DNA from: Ramazzottius varieornatus
Lineage: Eukaryota > Animalia > Tardigrada
Length of the DNA stretch: 64,000 nucleotides
Assembly (NCBI GenBank): GCA_001949185.1
Contig: BDGG01000002.1
Span: forward strand, 6,438,448-6,502,447
Direction: 5' to 3'
Shown here: one piece after another, positions 50,256 through 64,000 of the stretch
Layout of the letters: each line of letters begins with the position of its first letter
Position numbering within the stretch: the stretch's first letter is position 1
Notes under the pieces: generated by a model
What the model was told of the DNA's origin: nothing
The model's database searches: none
What the model saw: the letters and a program-made list of their open reading frames with translations, nothing else
Position numbers and translations under genes: made by a program

Positions 50256-53200
50256 TTCTGCGGCTAAATCAACCTTTAATGAAAGAAGAAGGAAAATGAA
50301 CTCCTGTTCAGAATAAATATGGGAGCATTGAGTAAATATAACTGGCTTGATGGGTCGCTAGAGCGTTGATGTGGGCCATTTGCACTGATGAAATTTCAAT
50401 TTCCCCTTTTCAGGCCCGCTGTCATCCACATCTTCCCATTCAATCTCCCTGGCTTAGTTCTAGTCCCTACTGAAATTTCTTTCGGGCCTGACCGGCTGAT
50501 ATACAACAGAGGGGATGACATACTTGCCTTTGGTCAGAGATTTAGGACTTTTCTTTGCAGGCCAAAACGACAGATAACCATTAATCCGTTGCTTTCTGGA
50601 TGAACACCAATTCGGGACCATTTTCTTTAAGCTGAACGAAATTGCTTCCGCTTCAACTTAAAAATAGATCCGACGAAATTAGGTCGCCGCTCACTCAACC
50701 CTTCAGAAATGTCCCTCATAAAACTTTCCTCTTAAATTTCTAAAACCGGATTCAAAATATTACTCAGGAATACGTTAATTATTCTCCTGAAGTGAAAGCA
50801 GTAAATACTGGCATAAAGCTATAGACCAAAAACTGATATGGTTCTCCGCAAACTATTTTTTGGTAAGCAATGCCTGGCGTGGATTTTGTCTTCACTTTCT
50901 TTCTACTTAGCGGCTTGAACATTTTTCTCAACGAGCTGCATCTGGATGCCAGCCGAGCTCAACGAAAATACTAGAAGAAAGGATGGGCAGAGAGGGCAGA
51001 CTAGCAGATACCGTATGGGGCTTTAGAAACGAGGATTAGGGACGATTAGGTTTCCGCAAGAGGAAGGGAGCGAAGAGGTGCAAAAGAAGGACGACAGCCA
51101 TCATGTTTCATCGTTGATGGGACAAAGCGACTACTTCATTTGTTCTGGCAAAATCGTATATGGCCAACTCGTTTCGATGTGCTTTCAGCCGACGACGACA
51201 ACGATCGACGACAAGCCTCAGAAACGTTGAGAGCAAGTCGACGGGCACATACCATGCATGTCTGAAAAGCTCTTGAGCATCAACTGCTATGACTAAAATT
51301 TGAATTCATCTCCTCACATATCAAATATTTCAACCAGGAAGTCGCTTAAATTCTTTATAACCAGCTTTCCCAAAACACTTCAACGACCCACTTCAGTTTG
51401 CTCTAAATATTTGCCCAAAAGGTCGCTGCGTGGTCTTCTATTTGGAAAAGCGGGAAGTCCCGCATTCCACATAATATTTTGAGCAAAACATCCTTCAGCA
51501 CACAGACTACCATTCTAAAATTTAGGAAACATCTTCACCGGATGAAATACCCTGATGTTTCTACAATGAGAGATGCAGCTCCAGCGAGCGTACTCTCTGA
51601 AATTTTTCGCAAAAAGTATTTGTGTGGTTTCTCGCGGCGGCCTTCGAACAACTTTCTTTTCTAGAGGTATTTGGTTCGCATAACAGGATCCGAAAACAGT
51701 AACCACCACACAGCACATTCAAGATACGAATAATTTTCGGATGCTTACCTTCGTTTTCTTTCGTTGGTGAGATCGGATGCAGGAAGAAAGACCGCAAAAC
51801 TTATTCGGGCTTTGGGCGATTGGGATGGATGATGATGTGGATAAGGTAGCGAACATCAATCAAGGAGCTCATAAAGTCATTTGTCACAATCTGTCACACA
51901 TTAACAACAAAGTTGATATAGATTTACGTTGTTCCAAGTGATTTATGTGCTGAGCAGGGGAAAGAAGGAAGCCGAGCGAAGCTCATAAAAGAATGCCCAC
52001 ACGCGACTGACCAGTGAATTTAACGAGCTGCTGATAACTCGGCTGACATCGCCGTGCGATAATGGTCAATTCCGGAATATGAGCAAGGCGGGGCAACTGT
52101 CAACGCTGCATTAGCTTCGACAGAAGGATTCGCAGAGAAAGCTTTCTAACCATCAAAATATGACCCATCGAGTACGGAGGGAAGGAAGCCGGAGAAACCT
52201 CGAAGAAAGCTGGTAATGGTCAGTTTTGACGAGTGAGACAAGCCCTAGTCACCTCTCACTTCTTCCTTTCTTTCTCTTCCCTCGTGAAAATCCTGCTCCT
52301 TCTCTCTCCTTCTTTTCACGTACACAGCGAAGCCTGTCAATTAGCGAGTTAATCAAACGGAACATTAACATAACGTTTAACTCGCCCAAATAATCGATTC
52401 TTGACGAGATGGGTTTGGAATGAACTCGTGAAGCGAGTCCAATATGGCCGGCCAGCGTTGGAAGCGACCACTGGCCAGTTCACCCAACAACAGCTTTCAA
52501 GCCAAACACCCTTCGTCCGTCCTGAAGCTTGTGTCATGTCATGTTCCCAGATAAGACTTCGGCGTGTCCAAGCGCGCTTCTGTCCTCGTGGCAGCCATGA
52601 TGATTACTGAACTGATGAACTTCCTATGGGCGCTTCTTGAGCGGCGTCGCTCTTCCATATATGGCGGCATCAGTTTCATTTGGCGCCTTAATTTAAATGC
52701 CTTAACCGGGGGCGAAAAGGAAGAAAGAGCGTAAAATCATTGAAATTGTCCCACTAACTAACAAAATAGCTCAGTCCTTGAGCAGCTCGTCTCGGTACAT
52801 ACAGAGTCCGGCGATTTGTATGTGGAGCTCCGCAGCTGGGCTAAGTACCGGAAGTGCCCCAAAAGAGGCGACCAAGATTTGAACATTGTGAAGTCCAACA
52901 TCGAAAAGGATATGATTACCACATATGTCCATGAGAACGATCAAATATCGGGTGACCCGGTTATCTTCGATCTTTTTTGTTGTTTCGTATGTTGGTCTGT
53001 ATGGTCAAACCACGACTCGGCAGTTGGGCCGTAGTAAGCATTGCCTTTTCCCCCAAAAGCTATTAGCGGGATTAGAAATCCCAATGGCGGAGTGAAAGCA
53101 AATAGACTTTGGCTGTAGCCCATCTTCCTACGGCGGGGATCGAATTGCGACAGTAAACATAATGCTGCCTATGTAGGTCTATCAGAGAGTTCAATTTCCA

Positions 53201-54699
53201 TCATCCGCTGTGGGACTACTTCCGTCTTCCCAGTATATGCAGTAAGACTGCGATGTCCGGACAAAGTGTGCTTCTTCGTTCTTGTATAGCTGTACAAATA
53301 ATGACCGTACGGACATTGCAAAGCATCCCGTAACATTTCGTTAGCTGTAACGGTTATGAATTCCACAAAATAATAATGGCGACCCATATTCGAATATTTT
53401 TGCTAATATTTTGGACGCTGGTAGATACTGTACATCACACAAAATCGTTCTCCCGACTGTCACACTTTTCCATTGCTACTGCCCGGAAGAATGCGCCACT
53501 TAGGGAAAACGATCTGGTTTAAATCGTTGCCCGCGTTTCAAATTTTCTTTTTTCGTTTCACAACCGGTGTGCTTTCGGAGCTAAGCGTCCTTGCATACTT
53601 GCGGTCATACTTCATGGAATGGCTGCGACTACATGATAATTATGCTGATTGGGCATGATTGTTATGAGAAAATCCAACAGCGCGCTGGACAAGCCTCATG
53701 CATTAGGCTTATTGGTGGGGCGACACATGTGCTGCATTCAAGGCCAGCCAGTGGTCAAGGAGTCGAAGAATAACCTAGCAGGGAACATCGAGCTGCGAAC
53801 ATATGTATTGTTCCCGACACGACAGATATTCCTCTTCCACACGGATTCAGAGAAACATTTTGGCTAACATTTGAGCCTAAACCAACAATACTGTAGCTCA
53901 CATCTGCGTTCCGTTCTTCTCATCACGCTAAGAACCAAGGAAGATGGCAGCCATCTTCATCGTATCACCAGTTTTGACTAGTTTTCAGAAGGCACTTCCG
54001 CCCATACTTTAGCTGCGGGTCCGCCGAGTCCTCCGTAATATTAGGTGGGGACCTTTCCTCTTTTGTGCGTGACTTCGTTCCTGCCTTATGAAAGGAAGCT
54101 TCACTTCCCTACTCTTGCCTCGACAGCACGCATCCATCTGCATGCTTGTGTGCTCTCGAGGGAAGAGAAAAAGAAAAGAGGGAAATATTACCTGCTGTGA
54201 ACACTGGGACAGCATGTTCATAATGGGTGCCACTTCATTTCCGCCTCTTGTCCACTGGTCAAGATGGGGAACAATAGCAGCTCTGATCGCTTCTGTCGCT
54301 TCAGTTCTATATCTCCTCATACTCGATGATGCTTCAACCGTGGAACAGCCGTCTGGGGCAGCCATTACTGCACGACATTTGGGGCGATCTGTGGAAGGCT
54401 ACTTTTTGAGACAAGAGAAAAGTTGTCAACTAATTTGCGCGACTTCCAGGCAGGTCTATTGTCTGACGAATAGCCGGGGATCGTCAAGTGTGGGGTTCAT
54501 GAGGACGAGAAAATTCCTCGGCCTGCACTTGAATAACATCTGCATCTCATGCATTCGGAAATCTACTCTGTACGTGCCCACTTGTCCACTCTTCAGTAGC
54601 TTTGGAGACGTTATTTCAACTAGCAAAGCACACACCTTGCGAAAGCTACACTTCCAAGAAGGCAAATATGCAGTAGGGTGGATAATTAGAGATTTCAAT

Positions 54700-55353
54700 T
54701 AATGCAGATGCCACGCACATCTGACACATGGCCATCGGATTAAGTGTTTTCCTTCCTGAAAAACCTGGTAATTGGTCTTAGAGCTCTTGATCGGTCAAAA
54801 CAAATATGGATCGATAGGCCATCTTTTGATCGGATATTCGAAGTCGTTCAAGAGCACGCTGGAATAAAAAATAATGGTCGCCGAGTTAATAAAGCCAACT
54901 CTGATACATTCCATCGAAGAATGAGGTGAGCACTTCTACATAAGAAATTCAAGTTTTAAGTTTAAGTTCAACCAGACACCGATTGATAGTATCATATTTT
55001 CCCCAAAGTGGCGCAGACTCTGAGCCAGTAGCAATGCAAAGGTGCGCCACTTCGGAAAACCATCGTTGGGCTGGAGCACAGTCTAACGATGGTAATCATC
55101 TTCCGCTGACAGTCAGGCAGTAAAGCAATTTGTCTGGTTGCTCCAAAGGTCCTAATTACAGCTTAATTGAATAGGTGTAAAGCAATTCATGTAGAAGCCA
55201 CATGAGCTCTCATTTGAATTCGCATAATGCATCAGAGCCGTTGGACACAGCGTTACCTCCTTGTCCGTCAAGTCACTCTGCGCCAACTCTGGTCGGAGCT
55301 TGAGTAGATCGTTGCTTTGACCGGCCATTCAGCGGATCTAGTCTCCGCCTTTT
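54700..55353 (+). ncRNA. Candidate structured RNA, family unknown
   Basis: Stems 54969-78/55131-40, 55006-15/55043-52 and 55059-73/55079-93 (two G-U pairs), further hairpins on both sides, ending in TTTT. Confidence 0.35.
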
Positions 55354-56089
55354 CGTGACGAAATGGATGTTATTTCGCGCTGTGATTATTATTCAGTCCC
55401 CTTACTAGCATTCCCTTCACGGCTGGGAACTTCCTCTCGTGAAGAATATTTTAAGTAAGTTAAAGTTCACCCTGGTCGCCTTTGTGGGAAGTCCTGTGCT
55501 CGGACCGATTGGGACTTCACGATATGCGGCGAAAAATTCGAATATTCAGCCATATACAGTAAGACTTCCGGGTCGCCGGTTCACTAGTTACGAAATACGA
55601 ATAATCATTATGTCGGATCCTCTTTCATGCTTCACCTGAAAATTTCTCTCTTGATTTTCGAGAGGAGGTGTGGGCAACGGTGGAGTTCAACTCAATCAAT
55701 CTCAATCACAGCATATTGACGGATATGGTCACTTATATTTGCCTAAATATTCCATGGTGCCATAACCAGTCATCATTGTCTCTGCGGGAACTGGCATTGG
55801 CAGGTCTGGGACGTCCCTGAGGACCTCCGGTCGATAAACTTTACGTTGAACAACAAATCTACAAGATTACCGGTAGTATGGTAGTCAGTTCGCGGAAACA
55901 CTCCTCAGGCAGTAGCAGATTTACCTGGCGCTTTCCACTATTATGGAAACCGAGGAAGCAAATAACTTGGTTTCAGGTGTCGAGTTACCTACTGTTTTGC
56001 ACGTTTTTCATAAAGAACAGCATGAATTTCATCGGCTCGAGCGGAACCATATCAAGTCTATTGAATTTGTAAAAGTTCCATTAGCGGCT

Positions 56090-56955
56090 TCAGTGATTTC
56101 TTAACCAAACGTAACACGCAGTTAGAATTAATCCACTTGAAGGCAGCAGTCTGCTGACAAAGTTGCATCCGTCAGCGTTATCACAGTTACAGACGATACC
56201 ATCGAAAAAGTCCTTCCCTTTCGCGGCAGTTCGCACATTCCGGCACTCCGAGTCTCCAGTCTGGACGTCAACACTCCGTAGTTTCACAACATGACCACAC
56301 CCATATCGCTGAGCTCCGTAGACTGAAAGCAGGTGCAGATTAAAAATTTGCGCCACTTATCGGGTGATGGATATTCACGACACTCTAATGCCAAGGACCT
56401 ACTTTTTCCATGGCCATAAGCAGCATCTCCTTTCACTTTATAACAGGCATAAGGTTTGTCCTGATCGACGACGGCAGATAACGGTGAAGAAGTCTTCGAC
56501 GGCTTTCCGCTTTCAATGCATTCGTAAGGCACAGCTAGATTAGGCTTGAAATCCCGGCAATAATTGTTAAATTCGGTGGGGTCGCACTTGTAGCATCGAA
56601 GTCCCTCGAGCTCCTTACTGGGTTCCTCGGACCTGTATGAAAACGGGAGATTACGGACCAGAAGCAACACGCTATTTGAAAAACGTCTTTAGGATCCGCA
56701 GCTCGGAATGATGAGTACCATTAAACAACAGGTCGAAGGCTTGACTTCCGGTTACCTTCTTGCCTCACTTCCGGGTCGGGGTTTCTCTTTTTCTCCATGC
56801 TTAGGTACTTTCTGGCCAGGCTTAGGCTCTTTCCCCTTCCCGAATGGCTTCGCTGCTAGTTCCTTCGGTTTTTCGTGATCTGGAGGAGCAGCTGACGTGC
56901 TCCAGCGCAACAATGTAACAACACAGAACGCCAATGGAAGGAATGAACGCAACAT
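56090..56955 (-). CDS. Ly6/three-finger (quiver/sleepless-like) GPI-anchored protein
   Basis: Signal peptide, K/P/E-rich spacer, LRCYKC...CYK...C.CD.ADGCN, hydrophobic C-terminus. 3 exons. Confidence 0.85.
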
Positions 56956-58041
56956 CTTGGTTCAAGAGCGACATCAGAGATCCAAATATTCCCCACGGTT
57001 CCTCGTACGTATCACAAGATGAGGTGGATGTAATTTCACTATAAGCTATGAAGGAGTTTCATTTCAGTCCGGCAGTGGTTGTTCATACGTAAACTTGACC
57101 AGATCACTAGGTTAATCCACCTTGAATCGGGAAGGAACTGTAACAGATCTTAGATTTCTAACATATCAGATGTTGCACTGCCAAAGACGACAACCGCCCT
57201 TTGCGGTTCGCCACGTGCCAGCGAAAGCCATAGATAGCGTTAGAATTCTTTTGCCACTTCGCTACATTGGAAAAAGAACGACAAGCTGAAATCTGAAACT
57301 TCAACGGTACTGCTGTTCATTTTTTCCGTCGTCAGCCGGAAATAATGCGATTACCCGTCGAGGTCTCGATGTACAGTATGTGGTGTTTGCTGCAGCGAGG
57401 TTTGCACAACACACAGCATAAGTTAGACTCCGTACGCTACTTGAAGTCCGAGCGTTTGGACCGTCCGTTGCGATGGAATACTAATTTACGGCACTTGACA
57501 TGCTTGCTGCCGAATAGACAACTCAAAGTCCGCTGTAAGGTTTCACCTACGGAGTCGATCGGCGAGCCTCACAGAATCAACCTCCCAAAGATCGCTATTT
57601 GAGCGACAAAGTTGCATTTATAACAGCACATAGTAAAACAAGAAAGCGAGCTGATTATAACGACACTGTAACTGTACCATGAAATTATGCTACAAAATAT
57701 AAAAGCTGGGCACGTCCACGGCCATGTTTCTCGATAAAACACTAAATGGCTGACTAAAACACCAACTACTCCACAGAATACAATAATATAACGAAAATCT
57801 CCGGAGTAAAACTGAAAAGCATGGTGAGCGGCTGATGAATAATGCGTATTCTGTTAAGCGTCTCACAACGGCTCTCTACGTCATACTGAGAATATTGATC
57901 AGCAGGTTATCTATTCCGCAGCTTCATAGTACAAACCATACATAAGGGAAGAACTACAGGGTTGGCAGAGTTGAAGGTTCGATCCGAGGAGATGCAGGAA
58001 GGTCAAAGGGATGGGTGGATCACCGGGTTGTGAGTATGGAT

Positions 58042-61000
58042 TTAAGCACAGTGGATCAAGAAGGGGCTGCCGGGTATATGGTCATCTCCGTACTTTACAA
58101 TCAGCAGGTATTCACCGGCCTCTTTGAGCATGTAACTGACTGTGTACGCGTCGTGTCCAGTGTGCTTGACATGTACCTCTTCGGCGGGGTTCTTTTGTCC
58201 GTAGACTCCGACCATCAACACGTTGTGGCCTACATAACATCAAAAATATCATGAGAGATTAAGACCTGGGCTGACAGACCCGACAAGAGCACTTCTCCAA
58301 CTGGCGCACAGTATCGTTTAAATTCACTGTGAACGTACTCCACTTGGCAAAATGAAACTGTCGAGCTCTCGAAATATGACAATTGATTGATTCTCAAAGT
58401 CGATATACCTGCGGAACTAGCGTTGACGGTGAAGGTATTCTGCTTATGCTTGAAGGCCTTCTCCATTCCGGCCCCCTTCGCGGTGACTTTGGAGGCATCA
58501 GAGTGAACGGCGTGCATGGCGGAGGAAAGACCGCTGACTTTATTGCTGGTCTCGGACTTGGTGACGGTCTCCACCACCACCGAGTTGGTCTGCTTGTACT
58601 GACTGGGCTGCATCTTTTCCACGACACTTCCGGCTCTTCCTTTACCTACAAAGACAAGCACTGTAACACTTCCTGAAAAACTGACATTGGAGAGCTAGAA
58701 CGGACCGCACGAACCTGAGCACGTAACGCGGAATGGGCTTCCAGCGATATGGTAGCTGTTGTATTTGATAGCGATGAAGTACTCGCCGGGAGTCAGAGGA
58801 GTATAACGAATCTTGTAGCCTTCGTCGACCTCGGAGCAGTCCATGCTGACTTTGCTGGGGCCATCGATGGTACAAGCTAGAGTTCCCGCACCGGCTTTCA
58901 ATGTATTCACAACGAACTCGGCTTTCTCACCGGTAATGACAGACTCCAGTCCCTTGCCATAGGCAATCACTTGGGCTGGATCGGCTTCTCCTACATTATG
59001 CACGAGGTCGTTACGTGTATTTTCTCATTTCTTTAAAGACTACGTACTCTTACCTGTGCCGATTCGAACGCGGAAGGGCGAGCCTCGAATGGGCACATTG
59101 TTGAATTTCACATTCACATTGTACACGCCATTTTCGTAGGGGAGGAATCGGACGGCATATTGATCTGAAAAGAGAACCGCGCCGTTACAGGAGTGGTCAC
59201 TGAATCGTTTCATTGAACTGCGGAGAAAATGGGGAAGCTCTTTCTTACTATCGTCGATTGGAGTGACGGCACAGTTGTCTTCCTTCCCAGCTGGAGTAGT
59301 GACAGTGGCGGACAAATTTCCCTTCATGCCATGCGTATTGACTGTAAAAGTGTAGGGCTTTCCGGTGGGGACATTGTGGTCAGCCATCGATCCCACTTCG
59401 ATCCTCTTGGCTTCGCCGATAGAGGGCATGATGGAGACTTTGAACGGGCTGTCAGGGATATGCTGATCGTTGTACTTGATGGCTACAGCGTATTCACCTG
59501 AAAATCAGAATGAAACCATAAATTCCCCGAACAAAACTGCATATTTTCTCGATGAGGAATATATTCTGGTCAGAAAACACTCATGAGTAAATTAATCTTT
59601 CAAATTTGTTTTTTGCTTAATTAAGACACGTTGCTCTTCCTGACGTTACAAGTATGCGAAGTTGCGAACTCACCGGGCTGAGTGACTTTGTATGTGGCGA
59701 AACATGAACCTAAAAGCAAGCATTGGAATTCTCGGTTCATACTGAGTAAACATGAATGATTAACTCACCATTTTTATGGTCTTTGAAGTTGATAGCTGCC
59801 TTGCTTGGTCCTTCCACGGCAATGCTCAGCGTACCGGCACCAGCATCGTGCGTGAACACGTTGAAGTCACATGGCTCGCCAACTTCGCCACGTTCTAGAC
59901 CAGGTCCACCTAAACACACAGAAGAAAATAAGGAACGCACACAAACGACGAACACACACAAGTTACACAACGACTGCAAGTACGTACCAGCCCGAACTCG
60001 GTGGGGACCACTATCCTTTAGTGGGCCGACCGTGAACTGGAAGGGCGAGCCCGGGATGTGTTGGTTCTTGTGCTTGACACTGACGGTATGGACGCCTTGT
60101 TCCTTCGGCACAAACTTGATCTTGTACGTTGAATCATCCAAGTCCATCATTTCCGCATCTTCCGTCTTGCCACTGGGGCTTGTCACTTCGGCGCGCATGT
60201 TGAACGGATCAGTACCTAATTTGATGAGCAAAAGTTAATGACGAGCGTGCTTAACGATCATTAACGAACGGGAAATACTTGGCAGGAAGGAAGCATTCAA
60301 AAAGAGAATTATCAGAAAATTTACCAGGCAGCTTGATGTTCAGCTCAGCGTTTGTTCCCACGTGCGACGTGGTAACTGTTTGCGAAGAGTGGGTGATTCG
60401 TTCAGTTTGACGCAGACCTCCTTCTCCAGTCACTTTGACGTTGAACGGGCTTCCTACAAAACGCATCCCCCAAATCAATAAGATCCTCCTCTGGATTACC
60501 CTCTACACCGAAAATTCAAGCGATCTCGCCAACAAATTGATTCTCTGTCCGCGTAATAGCACTATACATTAGCTTTCAGTCTAACACTCGCTTCCATCAC
60601 TCGGCATATCGAATGCATACGTACCGGTTACGTTTTGATCGGCAAAGCGAACCTGGAAAAATATCCATTAAGTGAGCCATTGTAGTGTTTTCGCACCATG
60701 ACGAAGTACTCTTCAAGCTTCCTTTCATGAGAAATATTTTTACAATCGAACATACATTGAGCGTGTAGTTTCCTGGTTCGGTGGGCTTGTATCCAACCTT
60801 CAGCGTACCGTCGGCATTATCGGAGCACTGGATGTCGGCTTTGCTCGGTCCTTCCACCGACACTTGCAGACCGCCAAAACCTAGAGCATTTATCACCTTG
60901 ATCACCATGATGTACCTAGAATCACTGAAACAGGTCTGCATTTCGGATGATAGTTTCTTACCGGCTTGTCGTGTGTCAACGGTAAATTCGTTGAGGGCGT

Positions 61001-64000
61001 TGGTCTTGCCTTCTTTCAAAGCATCACCGCTAACTTTAACACGGCTAGCGTTACCCACTTCCTTCTCGGCCACTTGGATCTTGAACGGAGATCCTTGGAT
61101 CGGCTTTCCATGTCGGGTGACAATGACTTGATGCTGTCCAACTTCGCGCGGAGTGAATGAGATCCCTGGAATTCAATACAAAAATAGTATGAATTTATGG
61201 GTAAGATTATGCGGAGCTAAAGCTGACCATGATTTGCACATAGCTTCGACCGTGATGCACCTGACCACTGTCGAGTGTACAATCTCGCTCTCCTACGCCT
61301 TTTCAGTCCGCTGACGTACTAAAATGAATATCCTCCATCTTGGCTTTTTTAGTCTGCATTTTCGTGGCTGCTGTACACTAATCAACATTTCTCCCACACC
61401 ATCTGTTTATTACTTTTTGTAGATCTCTATTTGTTCTTGCGTAAGGCTCATTGGTCGCTCCGCGCCAGATGTAAGCCTGCTGATTTACCGAATTAATTTG
61501 CCCGAAGGAGAAACAATTCCTGCACCCATAGAAAGCAGCTTCGATGTTCCCTCACTTAAGAATGATGAATAATTACATGGTTATATTTGTAATATGGTAA
61601 AGATTTCCAGATTGATGTAATTACCGAGGTGGCCATTCGGTAAGATCTTCAAGTTGCATGGTTCTTCCAGTCCGGATGGGGTCTTGATGGTGGCCTCCAA
61701 GTTTCGCAGATCGGTCTCCTTGACCATCAGCGACACCTCGCTGGTGGTTCCCACTGAGATTTCGTGACGGCGTTGCGTGACACTTCCGTTCTGCCCTGTA
61801 ATGTGGGCAGTGAAAGGACTACCGTTTATGTGCTTATCTGCAAATTTAACTATGATCTTGTATTCGCCGGGCAACACTGGTAAATAGTCCACGGTGCCTA
61901 AAACAGAAACAGTCGTACTGATAACAATATTGAAGTACAAGTAAACGAACTGGAAGGATACTTACAAGTTCCGTCTCGGTTATCTTGGCAGCGAATGTCA
62001 GCCTTGGATGGACCTTCAACGGCGACGGAAAGTCCGCCGGGACCTGCGTTCTGCGTGTTGATGGTGAAGTGTTGGTACTGGTCAGCTTCACCGTGGGTCA
62101 AGCCGGGGCCATAGGCAGTGACGTTACCAGTGCCGGTGTTCTCGACTTGATCAACGAAGAACTTGAAGGGACTGCCTTGCAAGTGTACCCCGTTGCTCTT
62201 AACGCTAAGCTCATGCTGACCTGCTTCGGTCGGTTGAAACCTAACTGTTACGGTACCGTCATTGTTGTTGGTCACTACAAGCAGAAACTAGAGTCAGAAC
62301 TGGTCTTTGCAAACACAAGACAAACTGGATCGAAAAAGGAGAGGGAACTCACGCTGTGGCGTCGCCTGTTGTCCGGAAGGCATTGTTACAAGGGCTGGAA
62401 ACAGAAAGCACGAAGGATGAATTAGATGCCGCTCTGTGCTGGAAGACTGTTCATGAACCAGAGAAGAAAGAACCTACCGCTGAGGTTACCACCGCCGGCA
62501 GGGAAAGGAATACTCTTCAACTCTAGAGCTCGGTACTTGCGAGTAGTCGTACGCTCTACGGTCCTCTGGGTGATAACCTCTTCGGTTGTAGCCTGCAAAG
62601 CAAGACAGGAGAAATTTAGATTCGTTCGACATTCCAGAAAGATAAAAAATCTGCCCGAGCTCTTTCAGGTCTCGCATAGGATGATCGATTTGGAACCAAC
62701 AATAATTAACGGTATATCTGCATCCAAGGTGCAAGTTGCACTGTTAGCTGCCCCAGGAACTTCAAAGATATTTTCTGATTGCGAGTCCTCGATACTAGTA
62801 TCGAAACCAAGTAGCCTGCTACAGAATATTCGAATATCATAGCTAGTTTCGTCAATGGGACTGAGCTCACGGAACTTTCCCAAGAAGGGCTCTAAGAATA
62901 CCAGTGGAAACGTACCCTAAAACGGGTGGATAAAGAATCCCACTTCGATATACTCAGGTAATTCCGACAGATGATTGCACAGAGAATACGGATTAGCAAG
63001 CCAGGAAGTTCAAAAATGTCCAACCTAAAGAACTGTCTCCTGAGAGGAAGGGAAGGTTCGTAATGGTAGAGACGAACGAGGGGTGTGGAGACTGTTTACC
63101 AGCATATGCCTACTGCTGACAAGCTGTGCGACTTCTTTTGGTTTTTCTTTCTAAACATAACACTTCTTCCGCAGCTTCCCTGGTCGCGCGCCGATGTATC
63201 AACTGCATGTAGCCATCCGGTTGGTGGATGACTGCATGTGGCCATATATGTCGACATGTCTTCGTTGACTGTCGAGAGCTCGACGAGCTGGTGCCACCGT
63301 GCACGCTGCCTCGTTTGCTCGTCTTCCACCACGAGCGGCGCATCTCGTCAAAGCTCCTGTCATAAACCTAACAAGTTTTTCTTCACAATTTCCTTCAACT
63401 GGGATGCTTCTGGTCCAAAACATGACGTGGTGGAAGACCGGGTCAAAATCGTTGCGACTATCAATTACTCTTACGCCCAGAATAAACCCTTGTGTGTCAC
63501 AAGAACAACTCTGCTAACAACGCCGTACAACATATTGAGCTCCTCAGTGGTTCTTCGAGCAATCAAAATCTCTGTTGGAAATCTGTCAGCCAAGACTGCA
63601 GTTAATGAGGAACACTAACGACCACTGTGGTAGATAAATACTGATCTCAGCTTATTTCGACTTCCCTCATGACTGCCTGGCTTCAGGCAAAGCTTGGACT
63701 TGTGACTGCAGTCCTCGCCACACATCCTACCGCTGACGAGATTTATGCGACCAGACTATATAAGAGTTTTCATCTACCCTATCTTTCCTATGGTTAGAGT
63801 ACTACAAAAGCCAGCTTTCCTTACCTTAACCTTGAAAGTGCCTCCTGGGACAGGCTGACCACCAAACTTGACGTTGATCGTGTGTTCGCCGGCTTCTCTT
63901 ATGGTGTAAAACAAACTGCAAAAGGCCCTCGTAAATAAGTATCATCGCGCCCAAGATCAAATAACTCGAGAATTAGGCTTCTGCTACTAGTTACCTGATA
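58042..64000 (-). CDS. cher: Filamin, C-terminal Ig repeats (5' part outside the window)
   Basis: Repeated [19 protein letters not shown] and HIPGSPF filamin-repeat motifs over many exons. Stop at 58042. Confidence 0.95.

Noticed and set aside
53125-53152. tRNA T-arm-like TTCGATCCCCG on -
   Set aside because: No cloverleaf or A box.
52800-54702. ORFs of 70-204 aa upstream of Fz5/8 (e.g. 54009-54365 -, 54088-54702 +)
   Set aside because: No recognisable domain or consistent exon chain. One good donor at about 54191 (-) may mark a UTR or lncRNA exon but is unsupported.
55295-55353. GATC...GATC hairpin resembling the 7SK 5' stem, and a miR-279-like seed on -
   Set aside because: It sits at the 3' end before TTTT, lacks the U bulges and other 7SK motifs, and has no proper pre-miRNA geometry.
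7000-62842. Numerous long antisense or alternate-frame ORFs overlapping real genes
   Set aside because: Shadows of coding-strand codon bias, with no independent features.

Overview
Gene-dense window from a compact animal genome with short GT-AG introns (mostly 50-130 nt). A ChtBD2 cuticle gene and a cuticlin-like ZP gene point to an ecdysozoan; a tardigrade-like host is only a guess. Spliced protein genes in order: URB1 (-), Frizzled-1/2/7 (+), ERO1 (-), METTL5 (+), coatomer zeta (+), ZP-domain protein (-), chitin-binding protein (-), mRpS18C (-), SUCLG2 (+), kainate-type iGluR (+), neuropeptide GPCR (-), an orphan secreted disordered protein (-), ACAD9 (-), WBP2 (+), Frizzled-5/8 (-), Ly6/three-finger GPI protein (-) and the 3' half of filamin (-). 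Mobile DNA comprises six small TIR/foldback elements and a 5.6-kb Sola-like DNA transposon (36227-41821). Its spliced transposase is decayed and fused to a BED zinc finger, and it carries a divergently transcribed, apparently open cargo gene for a small membrane protein. The strongest unexplained signals are (i) a ~1.6-kb non-coding tract (~275-1880) and a ~650-nt tract (~54700-55353) packed with stems whose mismatches are mostly + strand G-U wobbles, i.e. candidate large structured RNAs of no family I recognise; (ii) the Sola cargo gene; and (iii) the all-phase-0 secreted disordered protein beside a peptide GPCR. All structure and splice calls were made by eye, not computed.
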